Below the pieces are notes generated by a model. That model was not told where the DNA came from. It worked only from the letters and a program-made list of their open reading frames with translations, and did no database searches. Of a stretch of DNA of 64,000 nucleotides, positions 1-10,725 are shown piece after piece (the stretch's first letter is position 1; each line of letters begins with the position of its first letter). The stretch spans positions 192,001-256,000 of the forward strand of contig CAWAWS010000020.1 of NCBI GenBank assembly GCA_963785725.1, in the 5' to 3' direction. The translations under genes were made by a program, and so were the position numbers. The stretch comes from an uncultured delta proteobacterium. Lineage in GTDB: Bacteria > Myxococcota_A > Polyangia > Palsa-1104.

Positions 1-1186
1 GCGCCGGCGTCAGCGACGCGACGGCCAGGAACGTCAGCGGCACGAAGCCGAAGCCGGTGCCGATGGCGCGGATGAACAGCGGGCGCACGATGGTGCTCAT
101 GCTGGCGTCGTTCGTCAGGTGCGCGTTGAGCCACAGGCTCGTGAAGATGCCGAGATTGGCGATGATGAGCAGTCGCCGCGGGTCGACGCGCGTCACCAAG
201 CGGCCGGCGAGCGGGAAGATCAGGATCTGAATCCAGCTGCCGAGCAAGAAGACGCGGCCGATGTCGAGCGCGCGGTAGTGCATGATCGTGCCGCAATAGA
301 GCGACAACAACAGCGAGCCGGCGAAGATGGCGGTGCCGACGAGGAAGTTGAGCGTCGTGGCCGCCGCGTAGCCGCGATTGGCGAACACGCGTAAGTCGAC
401 GACGGGATGCGGCGTCTCCAATTCGTGGCTGATGAAGCCGGTGAGCGCGATGGCGGCGACGACGGCGAGCAGCGTGATCAGCGGATCGTCGAACCAGCCG
501 TTGCGATTGCCCTCTTCGAGCACGTATTGCAAGGAGACCATGCCGATGGCCAAGAGCGCGATGCCGAAGCGATCGACGGGCGCTTTGTCGGCGACGAAGC
601 CGGGCTGCTTGATCTGCGTCCACGCGACATAGGCGGCGAAGAGGCCGATGGGGATGTTGACGAAGAAGATCCAATGCCAGCTCGACCAATCGACGAGGTA
701 GCCGCCGATGGTCGGGCCGAGCAGCGGGCCGGTGATGGCGCCCATGCCGAAGAGCGCGCCGGCCATGCCGTGCTGCCGCTCGGGATAACGCGAAAAGAGG
801 ACGCTCTGCGACGTCGGAATGATCGCGCCGCCGCCGAGGCCCTGCAGAATGCGGAACACGACGAGCGACAAGAGGTTCCACGACAGGCCGCACAAGACGC
901 TGGCGGCCGTGAAGATGAGGATCGAGGCCGCGTAATAGCGACGAAAGCCGAAGCGCTTGAGCAGCCAGCCCGACATCGGGATGATCGTGATGTTCGCCAT
1001 CGCGTAGGCCGTCGACACCCAGGCGATCTGGTCGAGCGGCGTGCCGAAGTTGGCGCGGATGTCGTTGAGCGCGACGTTGACGATCGAGATGTCGAGGAAC
1101 GCCATCAAGCCCGCGGCCATGGCGCCGATGGTGATGAGCGTCTTGTTGCCGCGTAAGAGCGTGCCCTCGTCGTCGTCGCGGCTCAT
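1..1186 (-). CDS. DHA2 family (EmrB/QacA) MFS efflux permease, 3' end outside window
   Basis: Manual translation MSRDDDEGTLLRGNKTLITIGAMAAGLMAFLDISIVNVAL...W.F..NIPIG; ATG overlaps the stop of the upstream HlyD gene (ATGA). Confidence 0.92.
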   Translation of the reverse strand, partial: MSRDDDEGTLLRGNKTLITIGAMAAGLMAFLDISIVNVALNDIRANFGTPLDQIAWVSTAYAMANITIIPMSGWLLKRFGFRRYYAASILIFTAASVLCGLSWNLLSLVVFRILQGLGGGAIIPTSQSVLFSRYPERQHGMAGALFGMGAITGPLLGPTIGGYLVDWSSWHWIFFVNIPIGLFAAYVAWTQIKQPGFVADKAPVDRFGIALLAIGMVSLQYVLEEGNRNGWFDDPLITLLAVVAAIALTGFISHELETPHPVVDLRVFANRGYAAATTLNFLVGTAIFAGSLLLSLYCGTIMHYRALDIGRVFLLGSWIQILIFPLAGRLVTRVDPRRLLIIANLGIFTSLWLNAHLTNDASMSTIVRPLFIRAIGTGFGFVPLTFLAVASLTPA

Positions 1187-2466
1187 TTTGCCGCCACTTT
1201 CGTCGGCTGCTCGACGGTCTTGACGGTGACGTCGGCGCTCATGCCCGGGCGCAGCTCGACCTGCGACGTGTCGTCGAGCCGAATGAGCACGGGCACGCGC
1301 TGCACGACTTTGACGAAGTTGCCGGTGGCGTTGTCGGGCGGCAAGAGCGCGAAGCGGGCGCCGGTGCCGCCGGCGAAGCTCTCGACGTGCCCGGCGAACG
1401 TGCGCCGCCCGAACGTGTCGAAGCGGACTTCGGCGGGCTGCCCGCGCTTCATGTCGGCGAGCTGGTCTTCTTTGAAGTTGGCGACGATCCAGACGTCGTC
1501 GAGCGGCACGACGGCGGCCAGCGGCCGCTCGGGGCTGACCCACTGGCCGGCCTCGACCGAGCGGCGCGAGATGACCCCGCGACGCGGCGCGCGCACCGTC
1601 GTGTACGAGAGGTCGAGCTCGGCCAGCTTGAGCGCCGCCTGCGCCTGCTGCACGCGCGCGTCGGCCAGCGCCAGCGCCGCCTTGGCCGACGCGACCTGCT
1701 CGTTCGCCGTCGCCGCCGCGTCGAGGCGGCCGCGCGCCAAGACGATGCCGCCGCCCGAGCCGGCGCGCGCCGCTTCCGCCGACGCCAGCCGCGCCCGCGC
1801 CAAACGCTCGTCGGCGACGGCGCTGTCGAACGTGGTCTGCCGCTCGTCCATCTGCTGTTGCGGCAGCGCGTGATCGGCGACGAGCGACCGCGCGCGCGTA
1901 AGGTTCAGCGTCGCCAGCTGCCGCTTGGATTCGGCGGCAGCGATGTCGGCGCGCGCCTGCTCGATGGTCGCCTCCGCCGACGTCAGCGACGACGACGCAG
2001 CCGTCAGACCGCCGCGCGCCTGCTGCAGCGTCGCCGGCGCCGTCTTTTGCGTCAGCGCCAACGCCGAGCGCGCCCCCGCCGCCGCCGCCTCGGCCGCCGC
2101 CAAGTTGGCCCGCGCGACCTCGACTTTGGCGGTGAAATCGGCCGGATCGAGCTCGACCAGCACCTCGCCCGCTTCGACACGCTGGTTGTCCTCGACGTGG
2201 ATGCGCAGCACCTGACCGGCCACGCGCGCCGAGACGTTCAAGAGGCGCCCTTCGACCTGCGCGTCGTCGGTCGACTCCTGGCCGCGCGTCAAGAGCCACC
2301 AGCTGCCGGCAATGATGACAGCCGTCATCGATAGCACCGCCAGCAAGAGCGGCGTCCGCTTGCGCTTGGGCTTGCCGATCACCGCCACCGCCGGCGGCGC
2401 CAAGGTAGCCGCCGCCGCGGGCGCCGAGGCCGAATCGACCGGCATGACGTTCGTCGCTGTGCTCAT
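1183..2466 (-). CDS. EmrA/HlyD family membrane fusion protein
   Basis: C-terminal part of ORF 1183..3726; STDDAQV, coiled coil, ANFKE, FALLPPDNATGNFVKVVQRVPV; start reset to MSTATN. Confidence 0.93.
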   Translation of the reverse strand: MSTATNVMPVDSASAPAAAATLAPPAVAVIGKPKRKRTPLLLAVLSMTAVIIAGSWWLLTRGQESTDDAQVEGRLLNVSARVAGQVLRIHVEDNQRVEAGEVLVELDPADFTAKVEVARANLAAAEAAAAGARSALALTQKTAPATLQQARGGLTAASSSLTSAEATIEQARADIAAAESKRQLATLNLTRARSLVADHALPQQQMDERQTTFDSAVADERLARARLASAEAARAGSGGGIVLARGRLDAAATANEQVASAKAALALADARVQQAQAALKLAELDLSYTTVRAPRRGVISRRSVEAGQWVSPERPLAAVVPLDDVWIVANFKEDQLADMKRGQPAEVRFDTFGRRTFAGHVESFAGGTGARFALLPPDNATGNFVKVVQRVPVLIRLDDTSQVELRPGMSADVTVKTVEQPTKVAAK

Positions 2467-2477
2467 CGTCGTCGTCC

Positions 2478-3706
<1,229 letters not shown>

Positions 3707-3710
<4 letters not shown>

Positions 3711-4405
3711 GACTTGGCCTCCCCAAAGTTGTCGTGGTTGCCGTCGCTGCCGTCGTCGTTGCCGCGGTCGCTCAGCCACTGCCGTCCGAGCGCGCGACAC
3801 GCCTGCAAGATCTCGTCGGACAGCGGCGTGCCGCGCAGCGCGCGCGCCAGGCTCAGCCCGCCGTACATGAGCGCGATCAGCGCCACCGCCGTCAGCCGCG
3901 GCGCCCGCAGCGTCGCCGGCAGGTGCGCCTGCAGCGTGCCGACGAGCAGCCCGACCTGCTCGGTCAGCACCGGCCGATGCGCCTCCGCCGTCGTCGCCAC
4001 TTCGCTCGTCACCGCCGGCAGCGCGCAGCCGAGCCCCTCTTGATTGCGATCGCGATGCGCCACCGACAAGTAACGCTCGATCAGCTCGAGGCCACGCACC
4101 TCGGGCGGCAGCGCGTCGATGCCGTCGAAGAGCCGAGTGCGCAAGCCCATGCCCGCGCGCCGCAGCGTCGCGTCGATGAGCTCCTCTTTGGAGCCGAAGT
4201 GCGCGTAAAAGCCGCCGACGGTCAGCCCGGCCGCGTGCATGACGTCGGCGATGCGCGCGCCGGCGATCCCGCGCTGCCGCAAGAGCCGCGCCGCCGCGTC
4301 GAGGATGCTCTCGTGCGTCGCGTCCTTCTTGTCCGCCGGCCGGCTCGGCCGCTCCGCGGCGCCGCGCGGCTCGGCCGCTCGGCTTTGTGCTTGCGCGCTC
4401 TTCAT
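3707..4405 (-). CDS. TetR/AcrR family transcriptional regulator
   Basis: [16 protein letters not shown]...[18 protein letters not shown]. Confidence 0.93.
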
Positions 4406-4423
4406 GACCGCCTCGCCTTCGTC

Positions 4424-4462
4424 TTACGATAGAAATATTATCATCGTAATATCGAAGTCAAG
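4424..4462 (-). promoter_or_regulatory. AT-rich operator/promoter of the TetR-thiolase-EmrAB operon
   Basis: ATATTA-N6-TAATAT (4435-4452) and TTACGAT/ATCGTAA inverted repeat (4424-4449); adjacent TTGACT on the minus strand. Confidence 0.65.
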
Positions 4463-4492
4463 CCATTCGCGAAGCAATGTCGCAAGCAATGG

Positions 4493-4834
4493 TTATTCGT
4501 CGTTATTTCGCGAAGTGCGAGACAGGGCGCGGGCGAGCGCGGCCAGCGCCGCGGCGAACAGCGGGCCGGGAATGGCCAGCGCGTCGGCATCCGCAGTCTC
4601 GAGGATGAACCAGTCGTTGCCGATGACGTCGACCGGCATGCGCAGCCGCAAGCGGCGCAGGTGCGCCGGCCGGCCGTCGGCGAGCGTCAGCGCGACCCTG
4701 TCGTCGTCGGGCGGACCGGGCGGCAGCGCCAGCGGCTTGCCGTAGCGGGCGAAGAGGCCGGAGATCGTCGCCGGCGGCATGGTGCGCGCCAGCTCCAGCG
4801 CCTCGCGCACGGGGTCGCCTTCGTCGTCGATCAT
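4493..4834 (-). CDS. hypothetical protein (113 aa)
   Basis: MIDDEGDPVREALEL... C-terminal part of ORF 4493..5878 with its own ATG; protein-like composition. Confidence 0.6.
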   Translation of the reverse strand: MIDDEGDPVREALELARTMPPATISGLFARYGKPLALPPGPPDDDRVALTLADGRPAHLRRLRLRMPVDVIGNDWFILETADADALAIPGPLFAAALAALARALSRTSRNNDE

Positions 4835-4857
4835 CCGCGCCGTTGTACCACTTCGGG

Positions 4858-5510
4858 CTAAAGGCGCGTCAAACCGCCGTCGACGACGATCTCCTCGCCG
4901 GTCATGAACGACGAGTCGTCGCAGGCCAAGAACAGCGCCGCGCGCGCCACCTCCTCGACCGTCCCCATGCGCCGCAGCGGAATCCGCGGCCGCCGGCGAC
5001 CGCTCGTGCTCGGCCGCGAAGTCCGGCGTCGGCGCCATCTTGTCGAGAATGCCGCTGTCGGTCGGCCCCGGGCTGACCGCGTTGACGCGCACGCCGCGTT
5101 CGGCCAACTCGCCCGCCGCCGTCCGCGCCGGCGAGCGCAACGCCGCCTTCGACGCCGCGTAGACGCTGGTGTTGGGCATCCCGAGCACGCCGTTGATCGA
5201 CGTGTTGAGCACGACCGCGCCGCCGCGCCGCAGCAGCGGAATCGCCGCCTTCAGCGCCAGCCACGGCCCTTTGACGTTGAGCCGAAACGTGTCGTCGAAC
5301 TCGCTCTCCGGCAGCTGCAAGATCGAGCCGTACGGCACTTTACCGGCGTTCAAGAAGAGCACATCGAGACCACCCCAGCGCTGCTCGACGTCGGCGGACA
5401 GCCGGCGAATCTGCGCGCCATCGCCGGCGTCCGACTGCACGACCGCGGCCACGCCCGCCAACGTCACGCGCGCTCGCTCGAGCGTCGCCGGGTTGGCGCC
5501 GGTGACGAGC
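4858..5510 (-). pseudogene. SDR oxidoreductase remnant, 5' truncated and frameshifted
   Basis: LFLNAG, YAASK, RVNAVSPGP in one frame; IPLRRMG...MTGEEIVVDGG in another (shift near 4995); no start codon or GxxxGxG. Confidence 0.8.
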
Positions 5511-5514
5511 CGGA

Positions 5515-5542
5515 AGGATAGCGTTCTAGACCAACTGGTCAA
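5515..5542 (-). promoter_or_regulatory. sigma-70-like promoter with NemR-like TetR operator
   Basis: TTGACC-N16-TATCCT on the minus strand, overlapped by palindrome TAGACCAACTGGTCAA (5527-5542). Confidence 0.6.
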
Positions 5543-5574
5543 ATATGATTGAAGCAGCTGCGAAAGCGGACGAG

Positions 5575-5835
5575 CTACAGGACTTTGCCGCCCTTGCTCG
5601 TGCACTCGTCGGCGCTGGCGGACTCGACCCAGCCTTTGCCTTTGCAGTCGTTCTTGGCTTTGCAGGCGTTTTCGTTGCCTTTGCACGAGCCTTGGCCTTT
5701 GCACGCGTTGATGCCGCTGCACTGCACCGCCGCCGTCGGGGTCGTGGTTGTCTTGCCCGCTTGGCTGCCGGCACAGCCGATGAAACCTGCCGCCGCCATG
5801 GCAATCAATGCACCCTTGCTCGAAACCTTGGTCAT
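5575..5835 (-). CDS. Cys-rich exported peptide, BufA2/bufferin-precursor-like
   Basis: Signal/lipobox then CSGINACKGQGSCKGNENACKAKNDCKGKGW...C..KGG. Confidence 0.75.
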   Translation of the reverse strand: MTKVSSKGALIAMAAAGFIGCAGSQAGKTTTTPTAAVQCSGINACKGQGSCKGNENACKAKNDCKGKGWVESASADECTSKGGKVL

Positions 5836-5893
5836 GTGCGCCTCCGCGTCGTTGTATGCAGTACGAGACAGCCGGCACTTCGGTTTCGCTTTT

Positions 5894-6856
5894 TCAGCGT
5901 GCCAGCGAATCCATGCGATCGAGCAGCCGCGACTTCAGCTCGGTCGTCACCGGCTTCGGCCCCAGCCACGCCGTCCACAAGTCGTGCACGATGCGCTGGT
6001 TCTTGGGCCCGGTGCGCGTAAAGCCCTTGCCGACGTGGACGAAGATTTCGCCGTCGGCGTCGGTGTGCAGGTGCAGCTCGTCGCCCGGCTTCATGTCGCG
6101 ATCGAACAGCGCCAAGAAGGCCTCGGCGTCGCGGCGCAGCTCCGGCGTCGCCGACGACTTCGTGTCATCGGCCAGCGCGTCGCGATAGATGTCGCGCAGC
6201 TTGGCCACCGTCATCGCCTTCTCGAAGTAGAAGACGGCGTGCTTGCCGAAGTCGCCGAGCACGATGAACTGCGGCGCCTGATCGTTGCGAAACAGCGACG
6301 CGTGGTCGGTGCCGCCCGCTTGCGCCACCAGCCGCGCGAACTGCGACCGCGCCGGCTCGTCCTCGACATAGAGCGCCATCGAATAGATCTTGGCCATGTT
6401 GCCGGCGCCGAGGAGCGCGTACTCCTTGTCGCCGATGTTCATGGAGGTGGGGAACGAGTGGCGCGTCACCGGCTCGACATAGGGAAACACGGCGCGTTTG
6501 GGCGGCGGCGGCGCGGCCGGCGTCGGCGCCGCTCGGGCGCGCTCGAGCACCTCGATGCGCGCACGCACGGCCGGCTCGTCCTTGGCGTCGTGCGCCGGCA
6601 GGGCCAGGTAGCGGCGATAGGCGGCCAGCGCCTCGTCGGACGCGCCGGCTTTGTCGTACGCCGACGCGATGTCATACGTGAACGCCGGCAGCGGCTGCGC
6701 CGCGAACGCGCGCTCGTAGTCGGTCGCGGCCTCGCGAAAGTGGCCCGCTTCGAACGCTTTGGTCCCGGCGTCGTAAAAGCGCTTGGCGGCGTCGGCGGCG
6801 TCGTCCGCGTGGGCGAGCGTGGCGACCAACAGGAGCGGCAAGATCAGTCTACGCAT
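5894..6856 (-). CDS. exported TPR + chalcone-isomerase-like domain protein
   Basis: Signal peptide, TPR helices, KIYSMALYVE and DLWTAWLGPKPVTTELKSRLL. Confidence 0.7.
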   Translation of the reverse strand: MRRLILPLLLVATLAHADDAADAAKRFYDAGTKAFEAGHFREAATDYERAFAAQPLPAFTYDIASAYDKAGASDEALAAYRRYLALPAHDAKDEPAVRARIEVLERARAAPTPAAPPPPKRAVFPYVEPVTRHSFPTSMNIGDKEYALLGAGNMAKIYSMALYVEDEPARSQFARLVAQAGGTDHASLFRNDQAPQFIVLGDFGKHAVFYFEKAMTVAKLRDIYRDALADDTKSSATPELRRDAEAFLALFDRDMKPGDELHLHTDADGEIFVHVGKGFTRTGPKNQRIVHDLWTAWLGPKPVTTELKSRLLDRMDSLAR

Positions 6857-6900
6857 CGGCGCGATCATATACGCTTACGAGGGCTTCGGGTTACGCGGCG

Positions 6901-7061
6901 AGGGGGCGTCCCTAATTCCCGGACCGAGGCGAACCGTCGCGAGGAGCCCGAAATGCTAGGAACGATGAGGGAGCTGGCCCGTAGGCCAGCGACCGAAGAG
7001 TGACGACGCAGTTCGGGCCCGCAGCAGGTTCGCCGACGGGAGGGAACTACGGACGCCCCCT
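6901..7061. repeat. 161-bp MITE/REP-like palindromic element
   Basis: 20-bp terminal inverted repeats (18/20 match) plus nested internal stems. Confidence 0.75.
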
Positions 7062-8214
7062 AATAGAACGCCAGCTGCGGCGCCAGCGCCGGTGACGGGA
7101 ACGTGGCGAGCTGCGGCGTGTCGCGCGGGTTGGACACGTCGAACACGCGCACGACCGCGGCCGCGTCGTCGCCGAGGTAGGCGTGGCGGCGCACCGAATC
7201 CCAGGCGACGCCGCCAAATCCGGCGCTGCCGCCGGCGTCGATGACGCGCGTGGCCGTGCCCGAGTCGAGCTCGAGGCGGTACAAGCTGTCGGGCGCGCCG
7301 GCGACGCCGGGGCTGACGGCGAGGACGAAGTCGTCGCCGATGGCCGCGAAATCCGTCGCCGAAAACGGCCGATTGCCCGCGCCGGCGGCGCCGATCATCG
7401 TCATCACCGACGGCGTCGCGGCACCGATGTTGACGAGCGCGATGGCCGACTCCGCCAGGCGATTGTCGGGCGTGTCGTTGGGATCGCCGGCGCAGCCGAC
7501 GACCAGATCTCTCGTCGCCGGCAGATAGTCGAGCCCCGAGCAGCCCTTGAACGCCGGCAGGTCGACGACGAGGCTGACGGCGTCCGTCTTCGGATCGACG
7601 GCGACGACGCGGCCGTGACCGACCGTCTTGCCGTCGGCGCTGCGATTGCCGAGCGAGACCCATACTTTGCCGTTGGCGACGAGCGCGCGATCGGGCTGCG
7701 CCTGCACGTCGGCGTTGGTCGCCTGCCCGCTCAAGTCGACGCGCCCGACGATGGCGCCGGCGCTGGGATCGACGATCAACAGATCGGCGCCGGCATCATC
7801 GGCGACGACGCCGGGCGTCGGATTCGTCGCCGCGCGCGTGACATAGGCCTTCGTCGCCGAGAGGCTCACGACGTCGTGCGGATCGGCCGCGAACCCGGTG
7901 CCGACCGCCAGCGTCTGCACGACGTGACAGCTCGCGGGCGCAATCCACAAGAGCTGCGCATTCAGCCGATCGACGAGCAGGATCTGATGATCGAGCGCCG
8001 GCGTCGACGGCAACACGACGTCGCCCGACAGACCGGCCGACAGGCATTGGCTCGCGCGCGTGTTCGAGGCCGGGTCGGCCAGCGACAACGTCACGTGCGC
8101 GCCCTCGTTGCCGAGCAGCGCCAAGCCGACCGCGCCCTGCCCCGACTTGGGGCTGTCGTCACTGGCGCTGCAGCCGGCGACGACGATCACGAGCACGGGC
8201 CCAATCCATCTCAC
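7060..8214 (-). CDS. lipoprotein, probable beta-propeller (YncE-like)
   Basis: Lipobox VVAGC; repeated beta-blade segments (DPHDVV, KAYVTR, KVWVS, HAYLGD). Confidence 0.65.
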   Translation of the reverse strand: MRWIGPVLVIVVAGCSASDDSPKSGQGAVGLALLGNEGAHVTLSLADPASNTRASQCLSAGLSGDVVLPSTPALDHQILLVDRLNAQLLWIAPASCHVVQTLAVGTGFAADPHDVVSLSATKAYVTRAATNPTPGVVADDAGADLLIVDPSAGAIVGRVDLSGQATNADVQAQPDRALVANGKVWVSLGNRSADGKTVGHGRVVAVDPKTDAVSLVVDLPAFKGCSGLDYLPATRDLVVGCAGDPNDTPDNRLAESAIALVNIGAATPSVMTMIGAAGAGNRPFSATDFAAIGDDFVLAVSPGVAGAPDSLYRLELDSGTATRVIDAGGSAGFGGVAWDSVRRHAYLGDDAAAVVRVFDVSNPRDTPQLATFPSPALAPQLAFY

Positions 8215-8357
8215 GCGGCGGCTCTCCTCGATGCGAAACCCTACAGAAAACAAGCGCCGCCACACCATTTGTCAAGGCGAAGCAGTCGCGAAAACGACAC
8301 CGGCGACGCTGCCGAAGCGCGATCTGGTGCCGCCTCGGTCGTGCTATAGCCTCCGGC

Positions 8358-9380
8358 ATGGCGGCCAACGACCTCCCGATCCTCGCGTTCGTCCTCAAGA
8401 ACTACAAGAACTTCAACTCGCGCGCGACGCGTGACGCGCTCGTCGCCTATTGGCGCCACATCGAGCGCGGCGGCAAGATGTTCTGGGCCGTCGCCGGCGC
8501 CATGTCCTCGGCGCAGCTCGGCATCACGCTGGCGCCCGCGATTCGCGAGGGTCTCATCCACGGCATGTCGGTCACCGGCGCCAACCTCGAGGAGTCGCTC
8601 TTCCGCCTCGTCGCCAACCACAGCTACAAAGACTTCCCCGAATATCGCTACATGACGAAGCAGGACGACACCAAGATCTTGAACGATCGCATGCGTCGCG
8701 TCACCGACACGTCGATCCCCGAGGACGAAGCCTTCCGCGCCGTCGAGAAATACATCGTGCCGATGTGGAAGAACGCGACCGAAAGCAACAATCGGCGCTT
8801 CTGGCACGAATACTTCTACGAGATGATTCAGGCCATCGGACCCGAGCTGCATGAAGGCGCGGTCGACGAATGCTGGCTGCTCGCCGCCGCCAAGGCCAAG
8901 CTGCCGATCGTCGTGCCCGGCCACGAAGACTCGACGTTCGGCAACATCTTCGCCTCGCACGTGAAGCTCAAGGAGTGCTCGGCGCTCGTCGTCAAGTCGG
9001 GCATCGAGTACATGGCCGAGTTTTACGACCAATATCGCGAGCTCTCGGCCGGTCCCGGCATCGGCTTCTTCCAGATCGGCGGCGGCATCGCCGGCGACTT
9101 CCCGATCTGTGTCGTGCCGTCGATCAAGTACGACCTCGCCGAGCCGGTCAAGCCGTGGGCCTACTTCTGCCAGATCTCGGACTCGACGACGTCTTACGGC
9201 TCGTATTCGGGTGCGACGCCGAACGAGAAGATCACCTGGGACAAGCTGACCGAGGAGACGCCGATGTTCGTCGTCGAGTCGGACGCGACGATCGTGGCGC
9301 CGCTGATGCTGTCGGCGCTGCTCGAGTGCAAGCGCAACCCGGCGGGCGCCAACGCGGCGCTGAAGGCGGCGGGGCTGTAA
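8358..9380 (+). CDS. deoxyhypusine synthase-like protein
   Basis: AGAMSSA, TGANLEE, QIGGGIAGDF, GSYSGATPNEKITWDK, ESDATI. Confidence 0.9.
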   Translation: MAANDLPILAFVLKNYKNFNSRATRDALVAYWRHIERGGKMFWAVAGAMSSAQLGITLAPAIREGLIHGMSVTGANLEESLFRLVANHSYKDFPEYRYMTKQDDTKILNDRMRRVTDTSIPEDEAFRAVEKYIVPMWKNATESNNRRFWHEYFYEMIQAIGPELHEGAVDECWLLAAAKAKLPIVVPGHEDSTFGNIFASHVKLKECSALVVKSGIEYMAEFYDQYRELSAGPGIGFFQIGGGIAGDFPICVVPSIKYDLAEPVKPWAYFCQISDSTTSYGSYSGATPNEKITWDKLTEETPMFVVESDATIVAPLMLSALLECKRNPAGANAALKAAGL

Positions 9381-9390
9381 GCGTCTCCTC

Positions 9391-10725
9391 ATGCCGAAGC
9401 CGACGCCACCGCCGATGCTGTCGGGCTGGGGCCGCGTGCCGGCGCCGGGTCGCGAGCTGTTGTCGGAGCAGCTCGAGTCGGCGACGCGCGGCGCGCAGCT
9501 CAGCCGCGGCCTCGGCCGCTCGTACGGCGACTCGTCGCTGCCGGCGACCGCGGACGATAAAGTCGTCGGCACGCGCCTCGCCAATCGCATCCTCGCCTTC
9601 GACCCCGCCACCGGCCGCATTCGGGTCGAAGCCGGCATCAGCTTGGCCGAGCTGAACCGGCTGTTCATGCCGCGCGGCTGGTTCACGCCGGTGTCGCCGG
9701 GCACGAAGTTCGTCACCGTCGGCGGCATGGTCTCGAGCGACATCCACGGCGGCAACCATCACGTCGCCGGCTGCTTCGGCCAGCACGTGCGCGCGCTCAA
9801 AGTTCGCCTCGCCTCGGACGACATCGTCGAGTGCAGCCCGAGCGTCGACGACGACCTGTTTTACGGCGTCATCGGCGGCATGGGCCTGCTCGGTCACGTC
9901 TTGGAGGTCGAATTCAACCTCGAGGCGATTCCGAGCTCGTGGCTCTTGGTCGACACCGAGCCGGTGCCCGACATCGAAGCGTTCCTGAGCGGCCTCGATC
10001 GCGTGGCGCTGCAATATCCGCAGACCAAAGGCTGGATCGACTGCCTGAACCAAGGGCGCTCGATGGGTCGCGGCGCCATCATCGCCGGTCGCTGGGCGAC
10101 GAAAGAGGAAGCCGGCGAGGCGCTGCCGACCGAGCCGCGCGGCCAAGCGCTGCCGTTCGACCTGCCCAATTGGGCCGTCAACAACTTCACCGGCCGCATC
10201 TTCAACAGCTTCATCTACTGGAACTTCCCGCGTGGCCGCACGCGCGCCATTCAGCCGCCGGCGAGCTTCTTCTATCCGCTCGATGCGGTGCTGGAGTGGA
10301 ATCGCGTCTTCGGCAGCCGCGGCTTCACGCAGCATCAGTGCGTGCTGCCGCGTCGCGCCGGTGCGGCCGCCGTGCGCGAGTTCATGAAGCTCGTGACCGC
10401 CATCGGCACCGCGTCACCCGTGTGCGTCATCAAAGACTGCGGGCCCGAAGGGCGCGGCGTTCTCTCGTTTCCGCTCGCCGGCACGTCCATCGCCATCGAC
10501 ATGCCGCTCTCGTCGCACATCCAGCGCGACGTCGACCGGCTGAACGAGCTCGTCATCGCCGCCGGCGGCCGCATCTATCTCGCCAAAGATCGCTTCACCC
10601 GCGCCGACCACTTCCGAGCCATGGAGCCGCGCCTGCCGAAGTTCCTGGCGCTGCGTGAAAAGTGGGATCCCAAGCGACGGCTACGCAGCGCGCAATCGGT
10701 ACGCATTTTCGGAGATCGAGCATGA
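9391..10725 (+). CDS. FAD-binding oxidoreductase, DprE1-like
   Basis: RGLGRSYGD, PGTKFVTVGGM..SDIHG, GGMGLLG, FFYPLD, GGRIYLAKD. Confidence 0.88.
   Translation: MPKPTPPPMLSGWGRVPAPGRELLSEQLESATRGAQLSRGLGRSYGDSSLPATADDKVVGTRLANRILAFDPATGRIRVEAGISLAELNRLFMPRGWFTPVSPGTKFVTVGGMVSSDIHGGNHHVAGCFGQHVRALKVRLASDDIVECSPSVDDDLFYGVIGGMGLLGHVLEVEFNLEAIPSSWLLVDTEPVPDIEAFLSGLDRVALQYPQTKGWIDCLNQGRSMGRGAIIAGRWATKEEAGEALPTEPRGQALPFDLPNWAVNNFTGRIFNSFIYWNFPRGRTRAIQPPASFFYPLDAVLEWNRVFGSRGFTQHQCVLPRRAGAAAVREFMKLVTAIGTASPVCVIKDCGPEGRGVLSFPLAGTSIAIDMPLSSHIQRDVDRLNELVIAAGGRIYLAKDRFTRADHFRAMEPRLPKFLALREKWDPKRRLRSAQSVRIFGDRA

Noticed and set aside
4493..5878. 461-aa ORF as one protein
   Set aside because: Chance chimera of off-frame peptide gene, SDR remnant and a separate small ORF
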